Of a stretch of DNA of 31,361 bases, positions 7,282 through 16,207 are shown piece by piece. Location: the IMG/VR virus record IMGVR_UViG_3300037309_000002, positions 1-31,361 of that record, one strand, 5' to 3'. Position 1 is the stretch's first letter; every line of letters starts with the position of its first letter. Made by a program: the position numbers and the translations under genes. Origin of the DNA: a virus (taxonomy: Duplodnaviria; Caudoviricetes). A model generated the notes under the pieces. The model did not search any database and was not told where the DNA came from. It saw nothing but the letters and a program-made list of their open reading frames with translations.

Positions 7282-7922
7282 GCCAGCCCTTCGACGTGCT
7301 GTGGTGCCGCGCGCCATCGAATTTCGTGGTGCGTGTTGGCCAATCGGGGTCAATCAACGGGGGTCGATACGGGTTCGCGCTGAACGGCCAAATCGGAATC
7401 GCCGCGTACCTGGCAGCCCTTGGCCACGACGTGGTCTGCCCCGAGCATCGGTTCTGGTCGAGGGGCGGTTCGCGCCAAACCACGGGCGGCCCTGTTAGGC
7501 TTGTACGCAGGCCGCTGTGGCCGGGGTATCTCCCAGTGCGGTGGAACGCTCAGACCAGCCTGGGCGGTCACAAAAAAAACGGCCTTCCCGTCGATGCTAA
7601 GGCCGCCCGCTGGTTTGAGCAGGACGCGCCCATCCTTGGCTGGGGCAGAAACCCGGACGGATCGCCATGGCTGATGCCCGACATCGAGGCCGACTTTTGG
7701 CGCAACTGGCGGCACCGCGATCAAGACGAAACTGGAGCCCGATTCCGCTCTGGCGATCTTGTCCGCGCAACCGACGCCAGGTTCGAAGGCCACCGGCTCA
7801 AAATCCGGTTTTCGCGCCCCTCAAAGCGCGGCGGCTGGGAATACGTGGCCGACACCCCGCCGATGCTCGGCATCCTGGCCGAAATGGTCATTCACGAAAA
7901 TGATCTTGCGCTTCCCGCATGA
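7278..7922 (+). CDS. NusG/RfaH-family transcription antiterminator (late regulator)
   Basis: ATG 7278 after GGAGG; NGN motif RRPLWPGYLPV; KOW-like RFRSGDLVRATDARFEG; last gene before the packaging genes. Confidence 0.75.
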   Translation: MSQPFDVLWCRAPSNFVVRVGQSGSINGGRYGFALNGQIGIAAYLAALGHDVVCPEHRFWSRGGSRQTTGGPVRLVRRPLWPGYLPVRWNAQTSLGGHKKNGLPVDAKAARWFEQDAPILGWGRNPDGSPWLMPDIEADFWRNWRHRDQDETGARFRSGDLVRATDARFEGHRLKIRFSRPSKRGGWEYVADTPPMLGILAEMVIHENDLALPA

Positions 7923-7934
7923 ACGTGCCACAAG

Positions 7935-8143
7935 CCCTGGTAGGTGCTTCGCGGCGTCTGACGGGTTCGCCCTCGGCCCGCACCTCATCCCGGTCAATCC
8001 AGGGTGAATGGCCGCGCCTTGGAAATCCCGCTCTGCCCCGCTTCAAACGCCCGACCCGGCTGGCGTATCGCCTGGCAATGGCCGAAAGGCTCAATTCCTG
8101 TGGGGCTCCGCATGGTTCATGGCAGGGAATTGCCGGACCGGGT
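7935..8143 (+). promoter_or_regulatory. Structured late-operon leader (putative)
   Basis: Non-coding gap with several complementary segments: CCCTGG/CCAGGG, AGGTG/CACCT, ACCCGG/CCGGGT, GCC-GAAA-GGC, CAATTCCTG/CAGGGAATTG. Confidence 0.45.
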
Positions 8144-8166
8144 TCAACAAAAGCAGGAAATGAAAC

Positions 8167-8658
8167 ATGAGCGCCAAGCAAGGCGCGGATCGCCCAAAAC
8201 CAGGGCGAGGGCGCCCAACAGCATTTAAGCCTGAGTTTGCCAAACAGGCGCAGAAACTAGCCGAACTGGGCGCGACTGACACCGATCTGGCAGAGTTTTT
8301 CGGCGTCACAACGGTCACGATTTGGCGCTGGTCGGCCAAGTTCCCTGAATTTTGTAAGGCCCTAAAGATCGGCAAGGGAATTGGGGACGACCGCGTCGAG
8401 CGCAGCCTGTACCATAAGGCCGTCGGCTACACATTCGACTCCGAAAAGGTCTTCCAATACGAAGGCCAGATCGTTCGAGCAAAGACCGTCGAGCATGTCC
8501 CGCCATCCGACACGGCGGCTATCTTCTGGCTCAAAAACCGCAGACCCGAACAGTGGCGCGACAAGCAAGAGGTTGCGCATTCCGGCTCTGTTGAGCACGT
8601 GCACAAAATTTCGTGGGAAGTGAGTGACCCAATCAACGGGCCGGACGCTTCGGCCTAA
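8167..8658 (+). CDS. terS: Terminase small subunit
   Basis: GRGRPTAFKPEF, HTH LAEFFGVTTVTIWRW, SLYHKAVGY and AAIFWLKNRRPEQWRDKQEV. Confidence 0.92.
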   Translation: MSAKQGADRPKPGRGRPTAFKPEFAKQAQKLAELGATDTDLAEFFGVTTVTIWRWSAKFPEFCKALKIGKGIGDDRVERSLYHKAVGYTFDSEKVFQYEGQIVRAKTVEHVPPSDTAAIFWLKNRRPEQWRDKQEVAHSGSVEHVHKISWEVSDPINGPDASA

Positions 8659-9838
8659 GGTTGCTCGCGTATTTCTGCCGCTTCTGGCCCCGCGCCGCTA
8701 CAAGGGCGCGAAGGGCGGGCGCGGATCGGGCAAGTCGCACTTCTTCGCCGAGCTGGCGGTGATGACCGCGATCAGTTCGCACAACCGCATCCTCTGCGCT
8801 CGCGAAATCCAGAACTCGATCGACGACAGCGTCAAGCAGCTCATCGAAGACAAGATCGACGCCCACGGCCTGCGGGATCAGTTCAAAATCACCGACACCG
8901 AGATTGTCTATCCGGCCAAGGATTCGCTGTTCATCTTTCGCGGGCTTCAATCGCACACGGCGAGCCGGGTCAAATCGATCGAGGGCTTTTCGCGATGTTG
9001 GGTCGAAGAGGCTCAGACGATCTCGCAGAAGTCCATCAACGCGCTGACGCCGACGCTTCGCAAAGACGGCTCGGAACTGTGGTTCGGCTGGAATCCGATC
9101 AAGCCGACCGACCCGGTCGAAAGGCTGTTCAGCGAGAACGCGAACGATCCAGACTTCGCGCTTGTCGAGGCAAACTACTGGGACAATCCATGGTTTCCCG
9201 ACGCCTTGCGCAAGGACATGGAGCGCGACCGGGCCAGGGATCCGGACAAGTACGCGAACATCTGGTGCGGCGCATACGAATCCCAATCCGAGGCGCGCGT
9301 CTTCCGCAACTGGCGCATCGCTGAATTCGAGACCCCGGCCAACGCTCGCTTCTACTTCGGCGCGGACTGGGGTTTCAGCATAGACCCGACCGTTTTGGTC
9401 AGGTGCTTCATCGAAGGGCGCACGCTCTTCGTCGACTATGAGGCGTTTGCAGTCGGTTGTGAAATCGACCGGACGCCCGCTCTCTTCAGGACCGTTCCGG
9501 CATCAAGCCAATGGCAAATCACAGCCGACAGCGCGCGTCCTGAAACCATCAGCTACATGCAGCGGAACGGATTCCCGCGCATGACCTACGCGCTCAAGGG
9601 CGCGGACAGCGTCAAGGACGGCATCGAGTTCTTGAAGTCCTACGACATCGTCGTTCACCCGCGATGCAAGAACACGATCCGCGAGCTGCAATCGTATTCG
9701 TTCAAGGTTGACCGCAAGACCGATGAGGTGTTGCCGGTTCTCGAAGATAAGGAAAACCACGTGATCGACGCACTGCGCTACGCGGTCGAGGGACTACGGC
9801 GCGCTTCTGGCGTGGTCCACGAGGAACTGCGGCTCTAA
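8624..9838 (+). CDS. terL: Terminase large subunit (PBSX/SPP1-like)
   Basis: Walker A GGRGSGKS, Walker B CWVEEA, nuclease motifs GADWGF, ADSARPE and NHVIDALRYA. Confidence 0.97.
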   Translation: MTQSTGRTLRPKVARVFLPLLAPRRYKGAKGGRGSGKSHFFAELAVMTAISSHNRILCAREIQNSIDDSVKQLIEDKIDAHGLRDQFKITDTEIVYPAKDSLFIFRGLQSHTASRVKSIEGFSRCWVEEAQTISQKSINALTPTLRKDGSELWFGWNPIKPTDPVERLFSENANDPDFALVEANYWDNPWFPDALRKDMERDRARDPDKYANIWCGAYESQSEARVFRNWRIAEFETPANARFYFGADWGFSIDPTVLVRCFIEGRTLFVDYEAFAVGCEIDRTPALFRTVPASSQWQITADSARPETISYMQRNGFPRMTYALKGADSVKDGIEFLKSYDIVVHPRCKNTIRELQSYSFKVDRKTDEVLPVLEDKENHVIDALRYAVEGLRRASGVVHEELRL

Positions 9839-11232
9839 TGGCCGAAGTCGCGAAGAAACATCCCGACCTCGAAGCGGTCGAGGGCTTCTGGGCTCTACCG
9901 CGAACGCTCATGGGCGGTACTGCGGCTATGCGCGCCGCGGGGAAGACCTACTTGCCGCGAGAGGCGGGCGAGAGCGAAGAGGCCTATGCGGCGCGGGTCA
10001 ATCGGACGGTGCTGTTCAACGCGTTTGGCAAGACCGTCGGCGACATGTCGGGCCGGGTGTTCGCGAAGGAAATCGCCTTCGGCACCGATGTGCCGGCCAA
10101 TATCAAGACGTGGTGCGAGAACGTCGACCTAACCGGGCGGCATCTTAACGTCTTCGCGGGCGCCGTCTTCGCCGATGCAATGGTGACCGGCGCGTCACAC
10201 ATCCTCGTCGACACGCCTTCGGATCCAGGCTCGAACCGCGCCACGCAGGCACGGCCCTATCTTGTGAGCATTCCGCAAGAGAATGTGATCGGATGGACCT
10301 ACGCGCAGACGGCAGACGGGCTCAAGCTCACGTCGTTTCGGTTCCTCGAAATCCACGAGGAGCAAACGACCTTCGAGGTGAAGCGAACCGAGCAAATCAA
10401 GGTTCTTCTGCCAAGCGCGTATCAAATCTGGCGGAAGGACACCGCAAAGCCTGGCGAATGGTTTATGTTTGAGAAGGGGGCGCGCGGGATTGCTGACATT
10501 CCTGTCGCGACCGTCTACCTCAAGCGCCATGCTTTCATGGTTGGTGCGCCGCCGCTGCAAGACCTTGCCGATCTCAACGTCGCGCACTGGCAGTCGTCTT
10601 CGGATCAGCGAAACATCCTGCACGTCGCGCGCGTGCCCATCTTGTTCGGCTCCGGTTTCCCGGAAGATGGCAAGCTCGTCATCGGCTCTGCATCTCTGAC
10701 CCGCGCGACCGACCCGAACGCGAAACTGTCCTATGTCGAGCACTCGGGCAACGCGATCGGCTCGGGGCGCGAAGACCTGAAGGACCTCGAATTCCAGATG
10801 CAGGCGATGGGCCTGCAGTTGCTCGTTTCACAACCGGGCAAGACCGCGACCGGCGAAGTCCGCGACGACGTCAAAGAAAACTCCCGCCTTGCCCAATGGG
10901 CGAACGCGCTGAAAGACGGCCTCGAAAACGCGCTCGGCTTCATGGCGCAATTGGGCGGCATCGGCACCGATGGCGGGTCGCTCGTCGTCAACACAGACTT
11001 CGGCATCACGTCGCGGGGCGCGGCCGACATTCAAGGCATCATCGCCGCCCATGCTGGCGGATTGATCAGCCGGGAAACGGCCCTGCGCGAGTTCATCCGG
11101 CGCGGGTTCATCTCCGACGACATGGATGTCGAGCAAGAATTGGAGCGTGTCGCCGGTGAGGCGATGAGCGCTCTCGAAGATACGGCCACGCCGGGTGCGG
11201 GCCGCTCACAGGGCGGGACGCCCACAATTTAG
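9838..11232 (+). CDS. Portal protein (DUF4055-like)
   Basis: 464 aa directly after terL; MRAAGKTYLPR...Y..R and PPLQDLADLNVAHWQSSSDQ motifs. Confidence 0.9.
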   Translation: MAEVAKKHPDLEAVEGFWALPRTLMGGTAAMRAAGKTYLPREAGESEEAYAARVNRTVLFNAFGKTVGDMSGRVFAKEIAFGTDVPANIKTWCENVDLTGRHLNVFAGAVFADAMVTGASHILVDTPSDPGSNRATQARPYLVSIPQENVIGWTYAQTADGLKLTSFRFLEIHEEQTTFEVKRTEQIKVLLPSAYQIWRKDTAKPGEWFMFEKGARGIADIPVATVYLKRHAFMVGAPPLQDLADLNVAHWQSSSDQRNILHVARVPILFGSGFPEDGKLVIGSASLTRATDPNAKLSYVEHSGNAIGSGREDLKDLEFQMQAMGLQLLVSQPGKTATGEVRDDVKENSRLAQWANALKDGLENALGFMAQLGGIGTDGGSLVVNTDFGITSRGAADIQGIIAAHAGGLISRETALREFIRRGFISDDMDVEQELERVAGEAMSALEDTATPGAGRSQGGTPTI

Positions 11233-11243
11233 CGAGACGCTGA

Positions 11244-11984
11244 ATGACTTTGAAGCTGATTGTTGACGCCCTCGACGGCGTCGACGCGAAATTCCACGAC
11301 CTTTACGCCAAAGCGGACGACGGAAAGTTCCGCCTGAAGGTGGACGGCATCGAGGATACCTCGGGGCTGAAATCAGCGCTCGAGAAAGAGCGCGCCGCGG
11401 CGAAGGAAGCGAAGGCGTTCAAAGCCCTCGGCCTGACCCCTGAAGAGATCGCGGAACTCAAGGCCGCGCGCGATAAGGGCGAAGAGGAAGCCGCGAAAAA
11501 GGCGGGCGACTTCGAGAGCCTACGCAAGAAAATGACCGAGCAGTTCGAGGCGAAGGAGAGGGGATACCTATCCCAAATCGCCACGCTCTCGCAGTCTGAG
11601 CATTCTGCCGTTGTTTCGGCAGGCTTAACCTCCGCGCTCGTTGCAAGCGGGGCCACAAAAGAAGGCGTCGAGCTTCTGTCGACGCTGCTGAAAGATCGCG
11701 CCAAGATCGAGACGGTCGATGGCAAACGCGTCGTGAAGATTTTCGATGCGGACGGAACCCCGATGCTCGTTAACGGCAAGGACGCGACCTTCGCGGATTT
11801 GGCCACGGCGTCGGCTGGCAAGTACCCGCAGCTTTTTGCTGCGACGACGAAAGCGGGCAGCGGGACGCAGCCCAACGGTGCGGGACGCGCTGCGACCAAG
11901 ACCATCAAGCGATCTGAACTGATCGCACTCGCACCTGCAGAGGCGTCGAAACTCGCCCTGTCAGGAGTCCAAGTCATCGATTGA
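11244..11984 (+). CDS. Capsid scaffolding protein
   Basis: Coiled-coil-rich (GLKSALEKER), C-terminal PQLF...GSG; located between portal and capsid. Confidence 0.8.
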   Translation: MTLKLIVDALDGVDAKFHDLYAKADDGKFRLKVDGIEDTSGLKSALEKERAAAKEAKAFKALGLTPEEIAELKAARDKGEEEAAKKAGDFESLRKKMTEQFEAKERGYLSQIATLSQSEHSAVVSAGLTSALVASGATKEGVELLSTLLKDRAKIETVDGKRVVKIFDADGTPMLVNGKDATFADLATASAGKYPQLFAATTKAGSGTQPNGAGRAATKTIKRSELIALAPAEASKLALSGVQVID

Positions 11985-12013
11985 TCCGCGCTGCGGACTG
12001 AAAGGAAAATCCA

Positions 12014-13171
12014 ATGGGCGTTCTGACCCTCACCAGCTTAATCCCCACCATTTACGAGGCCATGGACGTGGTCTCGCGCGAACAGACGGGCTTCATCCGC
12101 TCCGTCACCGTTGACAGCCAAGCGACCCGCGCGGCCGTCAATCAGTCTGTGTTGTCGCCTGTCGTTGCGCCGATGGCCGCCGAAGACCTGACGGTCGGAA
12201 ACGTGCCCGCCGACACGCCCAACCAGACGATCAACAACGTGTCGATCACGATCACGAAATCGCGTTCGGTTCCGTTCGGCATTACCGGCGAAGAAAATCG
12301 CGGGCTGAACAACGCGGGCACGACCAATCAAATCAATCGCGACCGGATCGCGCAAGCCATCCGCACGCTGGCGAACGAGGTCGAAGCGGATCTGGGCGCT
12401 CTGCACACTCGCGCTTCTCGCGCGAACGGCACGGCGGCTGGCACCCCATTCGGAACGGCTGGCAACCTTGCCGACTTCGCCGCCGCTCGCCGCATGATGG
12501 AAGAGAACGGCGCGCCGCTCTCCGATCTCCGCATGGTGCTCGGCTCCACCTCGCTTGAGCGTCTGCGCGGCGTGCAAAATACCCTGTTCCGCGTCAACGA
12601 ATCCGGCTCGGACGAGTTGCTGCGGACGGGAACTGTGGGCACCGTGCAGGGCTTCGGCGTTGCTTGGTCGCCGCAAGTCCGCGCCGCTGTCGCGGTCGGC
12701 ACCGGCACGTCCTACACCTCGTCCAACGCCGCGTTGACCGTGGGGCAGACATCGATCCCGGTCATCACCGGCTCCGGCACGATCCTGGCGGGCGACATCA
12801 TCACGCTCGCGAACGATCCGAACCAGTACGTGGTCGCGACCGGCGTTTCCGCGCCTGGCACCATCGTCATCCAAGAGCCGGGCTTGCGCGTTGCGCAGGC
12901 AGCGGCGACCCGTGCGTTGACCATCGTGGCGGCCACCACGCGCAACATGTTCTTCCACCGTGGCGCGATCACCTTGGCGGCGCGTGCGCCGGCCATGCCG
13001 GACGGCGGCGATATGGCCGACGACGTGATGATCATCACCGATCCCGTGTCTGGCATCGGATACGAGTTCTGCGTCTATCGCCAGAAGCGCCAAATCCGCT
13101 GGGAGGTTAACCTGTCCTGGGGCGTGGCGGCCGTCCAGCCGCGGCACATTGGCCTTCTGATCGGCGCTTAA
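12014..13171 (+). CDS. Major capsid protein, P22 coat-protein family
   Basis: 385 aa, AAGGA RBS, QAIRTLANEVEADL motif, beta-rich insertion (TILAGDIITLAND...YVV), followed by a hairpin. Confidence 0.9.
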   Translation: MGVLTLTSLIPTIYEAMDVVSREQTGFIRSVTVDSQATRAAVNQSVLSPVVAPMAAEDLTVGNVPADTPNQTINNVSITITKSRSVPFGITGEENRGLNNAGTTNQINRDRIAQAIRTLANEVEADLGALHTRASRANGTAAGTPFGTAGNLADFAAARRMMEENGAPLSDLRMVLGSTSLERLRGVQNTLFRVNESGSDELLRTGTVGTVQGFGVAWSPQVRAAVAVGTGTSYTSSNAALTVGQTSIPVITGSGTILAGDIITLANDPNQYVVATGVSAPGTIVIQEPGLRVAQAAATRALTIVAATTRNMFFHRGAITLAARAPAMPDGGDMADDVMIITDPVSGIGYEFCVYRQKRQIRWEVNLSWGVAAVQPRHIGLLIGA

Positions 13172-13184
13172 TCTGAGTTCTAAG

Positions 13185-13210
13185 TTGGGCGGGGCGACAA
13201 TCCCGCCCAA
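13185..13210 (+). terminator. Stem-loop after the capsid gene (terminator or mRNA stabiliser)
   Basis: TTGGGCGGGG-cgacaa-TCCCGCCCAA; no clear U-tract follows. Confidence 0.6.
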
Positions 13211-13232
13211 TCTGTGAACGCAGGGAGCAACC

Positions 13233-13745
13233 ATGGCGCTTGACGCAACTGTCGGCGGAACGGCTGCCGACACCTACGGGACGATTGCCGAGGCGAACGC
13301 CTATTTCGCAGGCCGTCAGAGCGCGGCCTGGGCGGCGGACGACACGGCCAAGGAACTGGCGCTGCGTGCGGCTGCGACCTACCTGGACAACGCCTATCGC
13401 GGGCGCTGGAAGGGGCAGCGGGCGAAGGAGCTTCAGGCCAGGGCGTGGCCGCGCTACGATGCGGTCGACGCCGATGGCTATGTCATTTCTTGGACGGCGA
13501 TCCCGGCCAATCTGAAGTACGCCCAATTCGAGGCGGCGAAGTTGATTGCGGCGGGCACCGTTCTCGAAGCGACCTTGCCACGCGCCGTGAAATCTGAACG
13601 CATCGGATCCATCGCCGTCGAATACGCGGACGGCGCGGCGCAGACGGCCCAGTATCCGCAGATCACAAACTACCTGTCAGACCTGATCATCGGCGGGGCC
13701 TCCTTGGGAGGATCGATCGGCAGCGTGGCGTTGGTGCGGGCGTGA
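13233..13745 (+). CDS. Head-tail adaptor (DnaT-like family)
   Basis: ADTYGTIAEANAYF, AATYLD...WKG, QARAWPR, IPANLKYAQFEAA and VKSERIGSIAVEY. Confidence 0.85.
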   Translation: MALDATVGGTAADTYGTIAEANAYFAGRQSAAWAADDTAKELALRAAATYLDNAYRGRWKGQRAKELQARAWPRYDAVDADGYVISWTAIPANLKYAQFEAAKLIAAGTVLEATLPRAVKSERIGSIAVEYADGAAQTAQYPQITNYLSDLIIGGASLGGSIGSVALVRA

Positions 13746-13990
13746 GTGAAAATGTTCTAAAACTCCCAAACGCCATCGTCGCGGGCGACCCAAATCCTGC
13801 CGTGGTAGAGCGAATTCGCGAACTGTTGGACCAGGCGGAACGAGGCGACATAATCGCATTTGGATTTGCCGCCGTTATGTCCAACGGGTGCTTTCAAACC
13901 GGATGGGATTGGCGCGGTGAAGAAGAGGGCAGGCTCTGCATGGCCATCGCGCGGCTACAATATCGTTTCGTGACTTCGCGAGACAATTGA
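13742..13990 (+). CDS. Small hypothetical protein inserted in the neck module
   Basis: GTGA and TGATG overlaps with its neighbours; visibly more AT-rich codons; VVERIRELLDQAERGDI. Confidence 0.75.
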   Translation: MSENVLKLPNAIVAGDPNPAVVERIRELLDQAERGDIIAFGFAAVMSNGCFQTGWDWRGEEEGRLCMAIARLQYRFVTSRDN

Positions 13991-14334
13991 TGGCCACCTT
14001 CGACTATTCCGGCCTTGTCGCGACGGCGCGGCGGCTCATCGAGAAGTTCGGCCGCACGGCGACTCTCCGGCGCAAGGCGAAGAGCGGGACGGCTTGGGAT
14101 CCGACCATTTCGACGACGGACTACACCATCAAGATCGTGGTCATCGACGACAAGATGGCCGAGGCGCGCGGAACGCTCGTCACCATTCCCGGAAAGACGG
14201 TCTACGTTTCCACCGAAGGCCTGAGCGTGGTTCCGGCTGTCGCGGACCAGCTCGTCATCGACGGGACCACATACGCAATCCAGCGCGTTCTGGCGCTCAA
14301 TCCAGGCGGGACGACGCTCCTATACGAGATTTAA
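13990..14334 (+). CDS. Head closure/joining protein
   Basis: ARRLIEKFGR, VPAVADQLVIDGTTYAI and LNPGGTTLLYE; position in the neck module. Confidence 0.8.
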   Translation: MATFDYSGLVATARRLIEKFGRTATLRRKAKSGTAWDPTISTTDYTIKIVVIDDKMAEARGTLVTIPGKTVYVSTEGLSVVPAVADQLVIDGTTYAIQRVLALNPGGTTLLYEI

Positions 14335-14337
14335 GCC

Positions 14338-15339
14338 ATGACCATCGACGAAGCGCTGAAGCGGTACGAACCGCGCCTTCGCGATGCTTTCCTGGCGGGC
14401 GTCAACGAGATCACCTCGCGCGCTCAAATCGGCGTCATCGAGCGGGCGCTTGAACGGGGCGACATTCCGGCGGCCATCGAGGCCCTATACCTTGACCGTG
14501 GCGCGTTCCTCGCTTTCGAGCAGACCTTGGTTGAGGGGTACGGCACGGCTGGCGCCGCATCCATCGAGGACCTGGGCACGCTAAAGGACCAGGATGGCGC
14601 GAAGTTCCATTTCTTCTTCAACCTTCGCAATGCGCGCGCCGAGCAATGGCTCCGCGACAATGCGGCGGGCCTGGTCACCCGGGTTGTGGACGAACAGCGC
14701 CAGATGATCCGGCAGCGCCTTGAGGCGGGGATGCAGGCGGGAGACAACCCGCGCGCCGTCGCTCTGGAAGTGGCCGGCCGCATCAACCGCGAGACCGGCA
14801 AGCGCGAAGGCGGAATCGTTGGTCTGTCGAGGCCCTTCGAGGAAGCTGTCGCGAACGCCAAGGACGAACTGCGGAGCGGCGATTATTCGGCCTACCGGCA
14901 ACGGGTGGCGCGAGACAAGCGCTTCGACACGGTCATCGCCAAGGCAGAGCGGGAAGGGCGCACGCTCACCGCTGACGAAATCGCGAAGATCACCAATCGG
15001 TATTCCGACCGGCTCTTGCTCTTGCGCGCGACAACGCTGGCGCGAACCGAGGCCCTGACGTCGACGAGCGCGGCCCAATACGAGGCGCTGCGCCAATTGG
15101 TCGAGACGAACAAGGTCCGGGCCTCTCAGATCAAGAGGGTCTGGGATGCGACGTTCGACAAGCGAACGCGCTTCGACCATGCGGTCGCGGAGGGCCAGAC
15201 CGTAGGGCTTGAGCAAGATTTCCTGATCGGCGGCAAGCTGATGCGCCATCCGCACGACCCACGCGGCGGGCCTGGCAACGTCATCAACTGCCGCTGCCGT
15301 GCGGTCACAAAGATCGATTTCCTGGCGGCTGTCGAATGA
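14338..15339 (+). CDS. Minor head/morphogenesis protein (Mu gpF / SPP1 gp7 family)
   Basis: RATTLARTE, KRVWDATFDKRTRFDH and HPHDP...NVINCRC. Confidence 0.9.
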   Translation: MTIDEALKRYEPRLRDAFLAGVNEITSRAQIGVIERALERGDIPAAIEALYLDRGAFLAFEQTLVEGYGTAGAASIEDLGTLKDQDGAKFHFFFNLRNARAEQWLRDNAAGLVTRVVDEQRQMIRQRLEAGMQAGDNPRAVALEVAGRINRETGKREGGIVGLSRPFEEAVANAKDELRSGDYSAYRQRVARDKRFDTVIAKAEREGRTLTADEIAKITNRYSDRLLLLRATTLARTEALTSTSAAQYEALRQLVETNKVRASQIKRVWDATFDKRTRFDHAVAEGQTVGLEQDFLIGGKLMRHPHDPRGGPGNVINCRCRAVTKIDFLAAVE

Positions 15340-15776
15340 GTTTCACGGCGGACGTCAGAGGATGGGTAGAGCGAAACAAGATCGCCATGCGCGCGGTCGC
15401 GCAAGAGGCCTGCCAGCGCATCGTTGCGATTGCGCAGACCCCGGCCACGAAGGGCGGGAATATGCCGATCGACACCGGGTTCCTTCGGGCCTCCGTGGTC
15501 GGCGCGCTGAACTCGCCGGTCTTGACCGCGACGGCCAAGCCAGACGGACCAACCGCGTTTCAGTATGACGGCGGCGTCCAGGTCGAAACGGCTCTGGCAT
15601 CGCTTGAATTGGGCGATGTGTTCCACGTGGCCTGGACGGCGAACTACGCGATCTATGTCGAGTACGGATCGCGCGGCAGGCCGGGCAGGGCGTTCGCCCG
15701 ATCGGCAATCTCCCGCTGGCAAACCATCGTCGCGCAAGTCGCGGCAGAGGCACGGGCACGAGGTGGAGCGATATGA
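15336..15776 (+). CDS. HK97 gp10-like neck/tail-completion protein
   Basis: PIDTGFLRAS and ANYAIYVEYG motifs. Confidence 0.88.
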   Translation: MSFTADVRGWVERNKIAMRAVAQEACQRIVAIAQTPATKGGNMPIDTGFLRASVVGALNSPVLTATAKPDGPTAFQYDGGVQVETALASLELGDVFHVAWTANYAIYVEYGSRGRPGRAFARSAISRWQTIVAQVAAEARARGGAI

Positions 15777-16195
15777 GCCAGGCTGACGTATTCGCGGCCC
15801 TTGCGACCCGCACAGAGGCGACGGCGGGCACGACGACAGCCCAGTTCGCTTGGCCAAACGTCGACTTCGTGCCGCCGGCGTCGGGTCCATACTTCCGAAT
15901 TCAGTCTTTCCCAACCGAGGCCGTGCAGGCATCGCTCGGCGACGGCGGGCAGAACAGGTTCCGCGGACTTTGGCAGATCGATGTTTTCGCGCCAGAGGGC
16001 GAGGGCCTGACCGATGGTCTCGTCCTTGCGCAAGCCTTCGCCACACAGTTCAAGCGCGGCCTGGCGCTCACAACCACGGGCGGCCTGACCGTTCGCGTCG
16101 TGAAGCCGCCGGTCATCGGTCCAGCCATCATCGATCCGCCATTCGTTCAAATCCCGGTCACGGTCGAATACCAATTCGACGCGGCCAACCCTTAA
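15773..16195 (+). CDS. Tail terminator protein
   Basis: AWPNVDFVPP, GLWQIDVFAP and QIPVTVEY; directly before the tail tube gene. Confidence 0.82.
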   Translation: MSQADVFAALATRTEATAGTTTAQFAWPNVDFVPPASGPYFRIQSFPTEAVQASLGDGGQNRFRGLWQIDVFAPEGEGLTDGLVLAQAFATQFKRGLALTTTGGLTVRVVKPPVIGPAIIDPPFVQIPVTVEYQFDAANP

Positions 16196-16207
16196 GAGGT
16201 TAATCCT

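Noticed and set aside
8070-8136. Known riboswitch or ribozyme (c-di-GMP-I, hammerhead) around the GAAA tetraloop
   Set aside because: The conserved core nucleotides of those classes were not found by eye.
7919-8170. 83-aa ORF bridging the NusG-like gene and terS
   Set aside because: It has ATGA overlaps at both ends, but no SD and no protein-like features, so the region is better explained as a late leader. Not fully excluded.
12038-13273. 411-aa antisense ORF over the capsid gene
   Set aside because: Shadow ORF caused by high-GC codon bias; no recognisable motifs.
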